Assembly: GCA_902621165.1 (NCBI GenBank)
Contig: CACNKX010000001.1
Span: 44,839 to 108,838 of the forward strand
Direction of reading: 5' to 3'
Length of the DNA stretch: 64,000 nucleotides
Source of the DNA: an uncultured Alphaproteobacteria bacterium
GTDB taxonomy: Bacteria; Pseudomonadota; Alphaproteobacteria; HIMB59; GCA-002718135
Positions within the stretch are counted from its first letter, which is position 1. Each line of letters begins with the position of its first letter. This document shows, one piece after another, positions 8,677 through 16,980 of this stretch. Under the pieces are notes generated by a model. That model was given only the letters and a program-made list of their open reading frames with translations, did not search any database and was not told where the DNA came from. The position numbers and the translations under genes were made by a program.

Positions 8677-9575
8677 GTTTTAATATTGATATCAATCTGC
8701 CTAGCAGCAAAACCATAATAAACTACAGCTAACGTTATTATTAAACCTCCAATTATTACAGTTGTACTTGGTACTTCATTAATTCCAAAAATAGGAAGCC
8801 AAACCCACAGAACTCCTCCAACAACTTCCATTAACGATAAAAGTGCTAGCTCAGCTGAGGGTAAATATTTTGCTCCAAGACTGTAAAGTATTAAGCCAGC
8901 TGCAACAATTATTCCATGAAGTATACTTAGATAATTATTTATTTGAGGCATTAAAATAAAAGGTTCAAAAGAAAATCCTAAGATAAAGAATGCAAATATT
9001 GCACAAAATATTCCTGCTAAAACAACTGTTGTAAATTTTGGTGTTTCAGGTTTCCATCTTATTGTTACAGTATACAAAGCAAAACCAGTTGCAGAAATAA
9101 ATCCTATTATTGCACCTAAAGCAGTTCCAGAAATACTGTCATTTATAATCATTACGCACACACCTATAAATGCTACAACCATAGCAATTAATGTTGATCT
9201 TTTTAGTATTTCGCCAAGAACAAAATAACCAACAATGGCTGCAATAAATGGCATCGCTGCTAACATAAATAATGTTACGGCAGCCGTAGTCATAGTAATA
9301 GAAAAAATAAACCCAGTAAAAGCTGTTGCTAGAAATAAACCTCCAAGTATAGATGGTATTCCTATTTTGAGAAAATTTTTATAAAAAGCAAATCCTTCCA
9401 GAAAAAATAAATATATAAGAAGTATAATTGAAATAGTTAGACCTCTATAAAATAAATATTGGAAAACATATTGATGACCATCCACCATATATCTAACAGT
9501 CAACGCTCCAAAACTCCAAAAAATTCCTGCAAGAAAAACTACACTAAAAGCATATAGATAAGAATTTTGACTCAT
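8673..9575 (-). CDS. EamA/DMT-superfamily permease
   Basis: 300 aa with about 10 hydrophobic helices arranged as two EamA-like halves. Confidence 0.7.
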   Translation of the reverse strand: MSQNSYLYAFSVVFLAGIFWSFGALTVRYMVDGHQYVFQYLFYRGLTISIILLIYLFFLEGFAFYKNFLKIGIPSILGGLFLATAFTGFIFSITMTTAAVTLFMLAAMPFIAAIVGYFVLGEILKRSTLIAMVVAFIGVCVMIINDSISGTALGAIIGFISATGFALYTVTIRWKPETPKFTTVVLAGIFCAIFAFFILGFSFEPFILMPQINNYLSILHGIIVAAGLILYSLGAKYLPSAELALLSLMEVVGGVLWVWLPIFGINEVPSTTVIIGGLIITLAVVYYGFAARQIDINIKT

Positions 9576-9749
9576 TGTTTAAAGGTCAAATCATTAATTT
9601 AGATAAAAGTAAATTAATAATTTAGTTATTTATTTGAATACCAGTTTCTTTACTTCCTGAGATCTTTAAATTCACTTTATTATCATCATTTTTTTGTATT
9701 TCAGATACGTCTGACATTTTGCAACTGGCAATAAAAAGAAATAAAATAA

Positions 9750-10253
9750 TTATTGGCAACTGCCTATAGAACCAAGAGCACATTTTTTACCGTCTATCCA
9801 TATAGCATTTGACAAATTTGCTTCATCAAACATTGCTCCAGAAATATTAGCACCAAGTAGATTTGCCTCATATAGATTTGCACCTTTAAAAGTCGCTCCA
9901 AAGAGATTAGATCCCTCAAAGTTTACTTTTGCAAGGTTTGCATTATCAAAGTTAGCATTATTACAATTAGCTCCCTGTAAATTTGAAGCATATAAATTTG
10001 AATTACTGAAATTTGAGAAGATAAAATTACCAATAGATAAATTTGAATTATTAAGTTGAGATTTTTCAAAATTAGATAAAGATAAATTTACTCCTGACAT
10101 TTGAGAATTTGCCAAACCAGTACCAGAAAGATCGAGATTTTCTACAAAATTACAATTAGTCCAATCCACATCATTTGCTGGTTGATCACTGCATGCAGCA
10201 AATACAGAATATGAACTAAAGAAACTTAAAAAAAATAAAATTAAAAATCTCAT
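9750..10253 (-). CDS. Secreted (possibly lipoprotein) pentapeptide-repeat protein
   Basis: Signal peptide MRFLILFFLSFFSSYSVFAAC, then uninterrupted A(N/D)LxX-type pentapeptides (NLQGANCNNANFDNANLAKVNFEGSNLFGATFKGANLYEANLLGANISGAMFDEANLSNA). Lies 42 nt downstream of the MotB-like gene on the same strand. Confidence 0.8.
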   Translation of the reverse strand: MRFLILFFLSFFSSYSVFAACSDQPANDVDWTNCNFVENLDLSGTGLANSQMSGVNLSLSNFEKSQLNNSNLSIGNFIFSNFSNSNLYASNLQGANCNNANFDNANLAKVNFEGSNLFGATFKGANLYEANLLGANISGAMFDEANLSNAIWIDGKKCALGSIGSCQ

Positions 10254-10294
10254 ACTTAATTTTTATGATCAGTTTATGTTAAATTTAAGGCAAA

Positions 10295-12061
10295 TTAGCG
10301 TGAAGTGAGTTTTAATTCAATCCTTCTATTCTGTTGTAGATCACTCTCAGTTTCTCCATTACTGATAGGATAAAACTCTCCATATCCTGCAGATGCTAAT
10401 CTATTTGGTGGAAAACCAAGATCAAGAAGAAGTTTTAAAACTGTATTAGCTCTAGCTGAAGATAATTCCCAGTTAGAAGGATATCTAATTGTTTGTATGG
10501 GTTTTTTGTCAGTGTGTCCTTCTACCATGATAATCCAATCAATATCTGAAGGAATATCATTAGTAGTCTCTTTTAAAGTAAGGCCAATTTCACTTAACTT
10601 TTCTTTGCCAGATAGTTGTAAATCTGCTGAAGCAGAATCAAATAATAGCTCTGATTCAAAAATAAATCTATCTCCTACAATTTTAATGTCTTTTCTATCA
10701 CCTAAAATAGATTGTAATTTTCCGAAAAACTCAGATCTATATTTTTGGAGCTCAAATACTTTCGATGTAAGGGCTTTATTTAACTTTTCACCTAGCACCT
10801 CTATTTCTAAATCTTTAATCAAAGCCTGGCTTTCACTAGCTTCTAGAGCACTATTAAGCAAAGCAATTTCTTTTTGCAGAGTGTCAATTTGATTAGAAAG
10901 AATTTCTACCTGTTCTAATGTTTTTGAAGCTTGTATTTCCATATTTTTAATTTCTTCAAGTGATGTTTCTTTTTGAGTTTGATTTTCTTGCTCTAATAAT
11001 GCAATTTGATTTTGAAGTAGCTCAAGTTTATCAAGTTGTTGTTTTTGTTTATCTTCTGACAAAGAAAGTACATTATTCAGTTCAGATATTTTTCCTCGTA
11101 AATTAAAAATAGTGCTATCTTTCTGAATTAAATCTTTATTTAATCTTGCTAATTCTTCATTTTTAAACCTAATTGCATCAAGTTGTTCATTAAGTGATGC
11201 ATCTTTTAAGCCAAGACTATCATTAATTTCTAAAAGATCATTCATTAGTTCTTGATATTGGGATATTTGACTTTGTAATTCTTCATCTCTCAATGATAGT
11301 TCAGTGTTTGTCTTTTCTAATTCATCATTTAAACTTAGAAGCTTTTCATTTTTATTTTTAATTGCAAGCAATTGCTCTTCAATTCCTCCTTCCTCTAAAC
11401 CCAGACTTTCGTTAATGGCCATTAAATTTTCATTCTTCTCATTTAATTCTGCTATTGTAAATTTGAGAGATTCTTCACTTTCAAGTAATTTAAAATTAGC
11501 ATTATCTAATTCTTGATTAAGTATTTTTAGTTGATCAATTCTTGTTGCAAGTGCTTTATTAATTCGTTCTCCAAGTCCCTCGGTTTCAAGTATAGTAATT
11601 TCTTGTCCTTCATATGTTTCTAATGCATTTGCAACTATTCTCAGTTCTTTTAAAAGACTACTAATTTGCTCGGATAATGCTATTATATTTTGTTCCTGAA
11701 CAAATATTTCTGATCGTTTTTTTGCAACATCAGTTTGTAATTGCTCACTTAATAATTGCTCACTTTGTAAATTTAATTCTGTATCTTCAAGTTTTTTCTC
11801 AGTTTCAGAAAGAGTTGAAAGAGCTTCTTCTTTATCTTTAGTTTCAATAACAAGTATTTTAGATAATTCATTTATTTGTGTTCTTAAATCTTGAAGCGCC
11901 TTATCTCGGCCGGATATAGCATCACTCAGATATATTTGCGAAACAGTAAAAACCATTAGCACAAATATGATGACTATTAAAAGAGTAGCTAGAACATCGA
12001 CAAAACCGGGCCAAATATTTGTTGTATCAGCAAGTCTATTTCTTAAAGACCTAGTAGACAT
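10295..12061 (-). CDS. MotB/OmpA-family peptidoglycan-binding protein with a ~400-aa coiled-coil spacer
   Basis: MotB-type N-terminus WPGFVDVLATLLIVIIFVLMVF (TM helix with Asp). Residues ~45-445 are E/K/L/Q-rich heptad-like sequence. The C-terminal OmpA-like domain reads FDSASADL...MVEGHTDKKPI...NWELSSARANTV...NRRIELKL. Confidence 0.8.
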   Translation of the reverse strand: MSTRSLRNRLADTTNIWPGFVDVLATLLIVIIFVLMVFTVSQIYLSDAISGRDKALQDLRTQINELSKILVIETKDKEEALSTLSETEKKLEDTELNLQSEQLLSEQLQTDVAKKRSEIFVQEQNIIALSEQISSLLKELRIVANALETYEGQEITILETEGLGERINKALATRIDQLKILNQELDNANFKLLESEESLKFTIAELNEKNENLMAINESLGLEEGGIEEQLLAIKNKNEKLLSLNDELEKTNTELSLRDEELQSQISQYQELMNDLLEINDSLGLKDASLNEQLDAIRFKNEELARLNKDLIQKDSTIFNLRGKISELNNVLSLSEDKQKQQLDKLELLQNQIALLEQENQTQKETSLEEIKNMEIQASKTLEQVEILSNQIDTLQKEIALLNSALEASESQALIKDLEIEVLGEKLNKALTSKVFELQKYRSEFFGKLQSILGDRKDIKIVGDRFIFESELLFDSASADLQLSGKEKLSEIGLTLKETTNDIPSDIDWIIMVEGHTDKKPIQTIRYPSNWELSSARANTVLKLLLDLGFPPNRLASAGYGEFYPISNGETESDLQQNRRIELKLTSR

Positions 12062-12063
12062 TA

Positions 12064-13089
12064 TTATTTTTTAATTTTCTTTAGTTCTTTTTCAATTTTC
12101 TGAAAATATTCTTTAACTTTTTTTGCTTCTAATATTCCATTTTTGCTCAAAGCTTCTGTAAGGTTCATTAGTGAAGATTGTGTGTTTAATTGTGAAGATA
12201 AGAAATTTGATAATTGCTTATCAAGATTTGAAGAGTTGGAATTGATTTTGTTAAGTATTTCATTAAACTTCTCTAAATTGTTTGAAATTTTAGTTTGATT
12301 GTCAGATGATTTTTTAAAAGCATTTAGGAGGTTTTCTAAGTTGTCATAGATTTTTTGAATTGCTTCTCCTGTAGGCTTATCTTCTACTTTAGAAAAATCT
12401 GGAGAAGAATTGTTATTAAGGATTTTTTCAAAGTATTGACTAAATTTATTTTGAGCTTGTCCAAGATTTAAATCAAGTAATCCTAATATTAAAGAGCCAG
12501 CTAAACCTAATAAAGAACTGCTAAATGCAATACTCATTCCTTCAAGTGGAGCATTTAATCCATCTTTAAGAGAATTAAAAAAACCTGCAACATTTGTATC
12601 ATCTATACCTAGGCCGCTAATAACATTGCCAACTGATCCAATGGTTTTTAGAAGTCCCCAGAAAGTTCCAAGGAGTCCTAAAAAGACTAGCAAACCTACC
12701 AGGTAACGAGAAGTTTCTCTTATGCTTATCAAAGTCATATCAGAATTCTCTATCAATCTATTTATTGATGAACTTTTAAAAACAAATTTTCCGTCAAGAT
12801 TTTTTAATTCAAGAGAAATATTTTTGTCTTGCCCTCTTAAAGTTGAGAATGCTTCTATAGAATTTGTAATATTAAAGTTCGAGAAAGATATATATTTGTA
12901 ATTTAAGTTAATGAGATGAAAAAAATTAAATACAATTCCAGTTAACAGGGCTAATAAAATTATAATGTTAATAAAAATATTTGATAAAAAAGCATTTTGT
13001 AAAACTGGGTATAATAAAACAACAATAACAAAGACAGCGACTAAGAAAATTGATGCTCTAATTATATAATTATTTAGGGATAGCGCCAT
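12064..13089 (-). CDS. MotA/TolQ/ExbB-family proton-channel protein with an N/S/K-rich C-terminal tail
   Basis: 4-TM MotA-like topology. Channel signature LVFLGLLGTFWGLLKTIG ... PLEGMSIAFSSSLLGLAGSLILGLLD. About 135-aa low-complexity helical tail. The stop lies 2 nt before the MotB-like start. Confidence 0.75.
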   Translation of the reverse strand: MALSLNNYIIRASIFLVAVFVIVVLLYPVLQNAFLSNIFINIIILLALLTGIVFNFFHLINLNYKYISFSNFNITNSIEAFSTLRGQDKNISLELKNLDGKFVFKSSSINRLIENSDMTLISIRETSRYLVGLLVFLGLLGTFWGLLKTIGSVGNVISGLGIDDTNVAGFFNSLKDGLNAPLEGMSIAFSSSLLGLAGSLILGLLDLNLGQAQNKFSQYFEKILNNNSSPDFSKVEDKPTGEAIQKIYDNLENLLNAFKKSSDNQTKISNNLEKFNEILNKINSNSSNLDKQLSNFLSSQLNTQSSLMNLTEALSKNGILEAKKVKEYFQKIEKELKKIKK

Positions 13090-13139
13090 AAACGAAAGAT
13101 TATATTACCTGTCTTAGAAATTCAATAAATATAAACTGT

Positions 13140-14324
13140 TTAGTTGTAGATATAATTTCTTGTGAGAGGCAAATTGTTAATATTTTTTGCAATTTGTATT
13201 TGGAAAACAACATTACCCATATTTACAAAGGAATACTTACTTGCTAATAGATAAAACTCCCACATTCTAAAAAAACGCTGATCAAACATATTTATAATTT
13301 TATCTTTATTTTCAATAACATTTTGATACCATTTGGAAAGTGTGTGAGCGTAATGTAGTCTTAATACTTCAACATCTGTTACATTTATATTAAGTTTTTG
13401 TGTTGCATTCATTACTTCAGATAATGATGGAATATAACCACCAGGAAAAATGTATTTTCTTATCCAAGGACTTGTAGCAGTTGGTTTACCCCTTTGACCA
13501 ATTGTATGCAAAAGAAAAACACCATTTTCTTTTAGAATATCATTAGCTTTACTTAAATAAGTTTTAAAATATTTAACACCAACATGCTCAAACATACCAA
13601 CTGATACAATGCGATCATATTTTTCGGTCTCATTTCTATAATCTTGTAGTGCAAAAGAAACTTTATCAGCCAAACCTTCTTTTTGTGCTCGCTCAGATGC
13701 AGTTTTAAATTGATTTTCTGAAAGTGTAATTCCTTTAACTTTGGCACCAGTAGATTTAGCTATTTCAATTGCCATTCCTCCCCAACCACACCCAATATCA
13801 AGAACATCCATATTTTCTGTAATTTGAAGTTTTTTAATTATATGTTGTTTTTTATCTTTCTGTGCTTGATCTAAACTCATATTGGGATTGTGAAAATATG
13901 CGCAAGAATATTGCATATCCTGATCAAGAAATAATTTATATAAATCCTCATTTATATCGTAGTGGTGTGCTACATTTTTTTTTGAATTTACAAGCTGATT
14001 AATCTGCTGAAATGGCATGAAAATAGAAGATAAATATTCATAAAATTTATAAAACTTATTGTTAGAAATAAAATCATCGTAACAATTAGTTATTAAATTA
14101 AGAAAGTCTTCTATAGTGCCTTTTTCTACAACTAACTCCTCATTCATATATGCTTCACCTATATGCAGATTAGGGTTTAAGAATAGTTTTCTTTCAATAG
14201 ATTTGTTTTTCAGTCTTATACAAACGTGAGGGTTTGAATTTCCAAATTTATGGGTCTTGCCATTAGAATCTATGATTTCTAATGTTCCATCAAAGTTAAG
14301 TTTTTTCAGTACACTGAATAACAT
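13140..14324 (-). CDS. cfa: Cyclopropane-fatty-acyl-phospholipid synthase family SAM-dependent methyltransferase
   Basis: HYDINEDLYKLFLDQDMQYSCAYF, the SAM motif VLDIGCGWGGMAIEIA, and SVGMFEHVG. 394 aa. Confidence 0.85.
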   Translation of the reverse strand: MLFSVLKKLNFDGTLEIIDSNGKTHKFGNSNPHVCIRLKNKSIERKLFLNPNLHIGEAYMNEELVVEKGTIEDFLNLITNCYDDFISNNKFYKFYEYLSSIFMPFQQINQLVNSKKNVAHHYDINEDLYKLFLDQDMQYSCAYFHNPNMSLDQAQKDKKQHIIKKLQITENMDVLDIGCGWGGMAIEIAKSTGAKVKGITLSENQFKTASERAQKEGLADKVSFALQDYRNETEKYDRIVSVGMFEHVGVKYFKTYLSKANDILKENGVFLLHTIGQRGKPTATSPWIRKYIFPGGYIPSLSEVMNATQKLNINVTDVEVLRLHYAHTLSKWYQNVIENKDKIINMFDQRFFRMWEFYLLASKYSFVNMGNVVFQIQIAKNINNLPLTRNYIYN

Positions 14325-14410
14325 GTTTTTTTATTTTAAGAAAAACGTCTCTTATGTCAATAACTCTAAATTATTAACATTTGATGAGAAAATAATTTGT
14401 AAAGATTGAC

Positions 14411-14635
14411 TTAAGCAGCAATGCGACGATTTTTTTGAGCTTCTTTTTCTTTTTTAAGCTCTTTTTCGTCAATGTATGCAACATCACAGTGACTCTGACA
14501 ATAAGGCTTCCCAGCAACGGTATCGGCTTCACAAAAATGAAAATCTTTCTCTTGTGGATCTCCAATTGGCCATTGGCAACTTGAGAAACTGTGCATCACA
14601 CTGTTTTGTTTAAAATAGTTTTTTAATATAGACAT
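14411..14635 (-). CDS. Small GcrA-C-terminal-module protein (no GcrA N-terminal DNA-binding domain)
   Basis: CQWPIGDPQEKDFHFCEADTVAGKPYCQSHCDVAY matches the conserved C-terminal CxWPxGDP...FC...PYC..H...AY block of alphaproteobacterial GcrA. I chose the ATG at 14635 (MSILKNY...). The track ORF runs to 14692 and an ATG at 14596 is also possible. Confidence 0.6.
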   Translation of the reverse strand: MSILKNYFKQNSVMHSFSSCQWPIGDPQEKDFHFCEADTVAGKPYCQSHCDVAYIDEKELKKEKEAQKNRRIAA

Positions 14636-14789
14636 AATAATTTTATTAATTTCGAGGTAGTTTATATTTATGAAAAAACCAGTATTCAACATTAAATATA
14701 AAAAAGTTGTTAATTATCAATATGTTAGTATCTTAATCTTTTTGACCTACTATATGTTGATACATTATTTATAAGAAAAACGAATCGGT

Positions 14790-14972
14790 TTATCGAAAAA
14801 ATAAAATTATAAACAATAGTGCCAAAAAAAACAGATAGGATTTGATTATAAAACTTTTAGTTAATTTGGATTTAGGAGGTTTTCTTAGATATATAAATAA
14901 AACAATAGTACTCCAAAATAATAAAAGTATTACCCACCCTGTTAAAAATGCGTAATAAAAATCGACAGACAT
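14790..14972 (-). CDS. Hypothetical small membrane protein (2 TM)
   Basis: 60-aa ORF with two hydrophobic helices, co-oriented 20 nt downstream of msrA. No recognisable family. Confidence 0.35.
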   Translation of the reverse strand: MSVDFYYAFLTGWVILLLFWSTIVLFIYLRKPPKSKLTKSFIIKSYLFFLALLFIILFFR

Positions 14973-14992
14973 TAGTTAGTTAAAGAATTAAT

Positions 14993-15454
14993 CTATATAG
15001 CGCAGTGTAAACCTGTTTTTTGGATATATTTTTGATGATATTCTTCAGCTTTATAGAATTCCTTAGCCTCTGATATTTCAGTAACAATATTTAATCCAGC
15101 ACTTTTAGCATATTCATTTTTAGAATGAATAGATTTATTTTTTTGATCTTCGTTATAATAATATATCGCTGATCTATATTGCGTTCCAATGTCGGGACCT
15201 TGTCTATTAAGGGTGGTAGGATCATGACACTTCCAGAACACCATCAAAAGTTCCTCATAAGATATTTTAGAACTATCAAATTCAACGTAAACAACCTCAG
15301 TGTGATTTGTATTTCCTTGGCAGACGCTTTCATAAGAAGGATTAACGGTATTACCCCCAGAATAACCAACTAAGGTATTTATTACACCAGCAGTTTTATG
15401 AAAAGTTTCTTCCACACCCCAAAAACAACCTGCGCCAAATAAAGCTTTTTCCAT
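14993..15454 (-). CDS. msrA: Peptide-methionine (S)-S-oxide reductase
   Basis: N-terminal active-site GAGCFWGVE, plus GYSGG, HTEVV and QYRSAIYY. Confidence 0.92.
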   Translation of the reverse strand: MEKALFGAGCFWGVEETFHKTAGVINTLVGYSGGNTVNPSYESVCQGNTNHTEVVYVEFDSSKISYEELLMVFWKCHDPTTLNRQGPDIGTQYRSAIYYYNEDQKNKSIHSKNEYAKSAGLNIVTEISEAKEFYKAEEYHQKYIQKTGLHCAI

Positions 15455-15494
15455 AATTATAAATATATATGTAATATAAAATATATCAATTTTT

Positions 15495-16076
15495 ATGAGC
15501 TCAAAATTTAAAATTTTACATAAGAAAATTATTCACAATGGTTTTTTTAAGATGAATGAAGTTACTCTTAAATATCAAAAATATGATGGAAGCTGGAGCA
15601 ACGAGGTAAAAAGAGAGTTATTTGGCGGAGCTCAAGTTTCTGCTGTCTTGCCTTATGATCCTCTAAGTAAAAAAATAGTTCTAATTCAACAATTCCGACC
15701 AGGGACCATTTCTAAAGAAGGCAATAACTACTTAGATGAAATAGTTGCTGGAATGATAGATCAAAATGAAAAACCTGAAGATGCTGCTAAAAGAGAGTGT
15801 TTAGAAGAAACTGGATGCAAAGTAAATAAACTTACATCTATACAAGGATATTTTCCTGCTCCTGGTTCTTCAGAATCTTTCTATCATCTTTTTTTAGCTG
15901 AAGTAGTTGCTCCCAGTAAAGAAATTATTAGAGGTTTAGAAAGTGAAAATGAAGATATTTTAGTAAAAAGTTATAATTTTGAAGAAGTAAAAGAAAAAAT
16001 AAAAAATAAAGAAATTTTGAATGGTATTACTTTGGTTGCGCTACAATGGTTTTTTTTAAATATTTATAATTCTTAA
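15495..16076 (+). CDS. nudF: ADP-ribose pyrophosphatase-like NUDIX hydrolase
   Basis: Nudix box GMIDQNEKPEDAAKRECLEETG. Size and N-terminal beta domain resemble NudF. Confidence 0.75.
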   Translation: MSSKFKILHKKIIHNGFFKMNEVTLKYQKYDGSWSNEVKRELFGGAQVSAVLPYDPLSKKIVLIQQFRPGTISKEGNNYLDEIVAGMIDQNEKPEDAAKRECLEETGCKVNKLTSIQGYFPAPGSSESFYHLFLAEVVAPSKEIIRGLESENEDILVKSYNFEEVKEKIKNKEILNGITLVALQWFFLNIYNS

Positions 16077-16408
16077 GTTCCTAAACCTCTTTCATAAGGT
16101 TGTACCAATTCTTTGCAAATTAAATTCATGTCTAATGTTTCAACATTTTTATCTATAGTTTGATATTCCTGACACTCATATAATTGTTGATCTTTTTGGA
16201 GTACCGTGACGAATAAAATTATTGTTAAACCATCTCCAACTTCTATATCGCTTATAGCGTAGCTCTTTACTTCGAATCCTTCATTAATAAGATCTTTGTA
16301 TGATTTTTCTGACTCTAACCATTGATCTATATTCGGGTTAGCAATTGATAGATTACAAAATAATAAAAAAACTGAAAATAAAAAAATATTTAGTTTGCTT
16401 TTAGCCAT
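16073..16408 (-). CDS. Hypothetical secreted protein
   Basis: Signal peptide MAKSKLNIFLFSVFLLFCNLSIA. No recognisable domain. Overlaps the upstream gene by 19 nt. Confidence 0.5.
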   Translation of the reverse strand: MAKSKLNIFLFSVFLLFCNLSIANPNIDQWLESEKSYKDLINEGFEVKSYAISDIEVGDGLTIILFVTVLQKDQQLYECQEYQTIDKNVETLDMNLICKELVQPYERGLGT

Positions 16409-16932
16409 TCTAAAACTTCATTTATATGTTTGTTAGGAGGAAAAATAGGGTAGAATACTTTTTTAACAATATTTTTTTCCACAATAAGGGTTAATCTTTT
16501 AAAATAAATTTTATTTTTAATTTCAAAGTAGGGGATTTTTAATGAATTTAGTAAAATATATTCTGAATCACTTAAAACATCGTAAGGGATTACTAATCTA
16601 TCTGTCATTTCCTTAATATAATCTTTTGTTTGAGTGGATATTCCAATAGGCAGTGAATTTAGTTTGATTAACTCTTCATAATTATCTCTAAAATTACATG
16701 TCTCCACAGTACAGCCAATGGCTCCTGGAGTTTGATTCCAATTTTTAGGTAAATTTTCATTTGGATTACCTGTCATAGGATAAAAATACAAAATTAAACG
16801 AAAAGTGTCAGATCTTTTTATTTTTAATAGATTTCCCTGTTGATTTTTAAGAGAAATATCCGGCAAAAACTTATTTAAAAGATGATCAGCTTTTCCATCA
16901 TTTTGTGGTTTAGGAAATTTGCTATAATCCAT
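16390..16932 (-). CDS. Peroxiredoxin-like thioredoxin-fold protein (AhpC/TSA-Redoxin family)
   Basis: ILYFYPMTG...PGAIGCTVETCNFRD (peroxidatic Cys context) and RLTLIVEKNIVKKVFYPIFPP. I prefer the ATG at 16932 (MDYSKF...), which avoids overlapping the divergent gene. The track ORF extends to 16989. Confidence 0.65.
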   Translation of the reverse strand: MDYSKFPKPQNDGKADHLLNKFLPDISLKNQQGNLLKIKRSDTFRLILYFYPMTGNPNENLPKNWNQTPGAIGCTVETCNFRDNYEELIKLNSLPIGISTQTKDYIKEMTDRLVIPYDVLSDSEYILLNSLKIPYFEIKNKIYFKRLTLIVEKNIVKKVFYPIFPPNKHINEVLEWLKAN

Positions 16933-16980
16933 ACTAATTTGTCTTGTATAATCCAATTCTATATACCATAAGATAGTTTT

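Noticed and set aside
9622-9717. 31-aa minus-strand mini-ORF (MSDVSEIQKNDDNKVNLKISGSKETGIQINN) in the 174-nt spacer between the pentapeptide-repeat gene and the EamA gene
   Set aside because: It is too short, has no SD and no recognisable motif. I cannot distinguish it from chance without conservation data, though it is the only unexplained spacer longer than 150 nt.
10497-10892. 131-aa plus-strand ORF (and a 70-aa ORF at 11304-11516) antisense to the MotB-like gene
   Set aside because: It lies entirely inside a well-supported minus-strand gene. Its S/F/L-rich translation is what the reverse complement of E/K/L-rich coiled-coil codons produces. It has no start context or recognisable domain.
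10295-13089. Interpretation of the MotA/MotB-like pair as a Zorya anti-phage system
   Set aside because: No ZorC/ZorD-type (or ZorE/F/G) effector genes are adjacent. The long coiled coil is on the periplasmic B subunit rather than the cytoplasmic ZorA tail. The neighbours are housekeeping genes, with no other defence or mobile genes.
14374-14565. 63-aa ORF overlapping the GcrA-like ORF in another frame on the same strand
   Set aside because: It is a K-rich low-complexity translation. The alternative frame carries the conserved CxWPxGDP...PYC motif and is preferred.
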